This document shows, piece after piece, positions 49,261 to 49,261 of a stretch of DNA of 49,261 bases. The stretch is from Coleofasciculus chthonoplastes F2-STO-03 (lineage in GTDB: Bacteria; Cyanobacteriota; Cyanobacteriia; Cyanobacteriales; Coleofasciculaceae), in contig JAVJWO010000020.1 in NCBI GenBank assembly GCA_040222015.1, positions 1-49,261 of the forward strand, given 5' to 3'. The translations under genes and the position numbers were made by a program. The notes under the pieces are model-generated. The model saw only the letters and a program-made list of their open reading frames with translations. It was not told where the DNA came from and did not search any database. Each line of letters begins with the position of its first letter. Position 1 is the first letter of the stretch.

Positions 49261-49261
49261 A

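Overview
Chromosomal window from a filamentous cyanobacterium. The assignment is inferred from abundant HIP1 octamers (GCGATCGC), heptamer tandem repeats, psb27, a CIRCE/K-box groESL promoter and many GTAG-type REP palindromes. Most of the window is housekeeping: tocopherol methyltransferase, ureE, holA, cobH, cbiET, recG, tsf, rpsB, pstSCAB, bioB-bioY-lspA, hisH, alpha-carbonic anhydrase, cydAB and groESL. Accessory material is scattered among these genes. (1) The left end of an IS200/IS605 element lies at the window edge, followed by two candidate sRNA/terminator units. (2) A stand-alone ABC-ATPase+TOPRIM (OLD-like) nuclease gene has an AT-rich core. (3) A PAS-rich hybrid kinase cluster contains an internally deleted receiver gene. 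(4) A non-autonomous IS607 element carries a large TnpB-like RuvC protein with its catalytic residues present and a nested in-frame micro-insertion. (5) The most notable feature is a ~2.2 kb conflict islet downstream of groEL. It holds a stand-alone toxin-type deaminase gene that is absent from the ORF track and broken by one TGA, an intact SUKH/SMI1 immunity gene, and an Rpn nuclease gene inactivated by a 102-bp MITE whose putative intragenic antitoxin ORF remains intact. All calls come from reading motifs by eye; no database searches were run.
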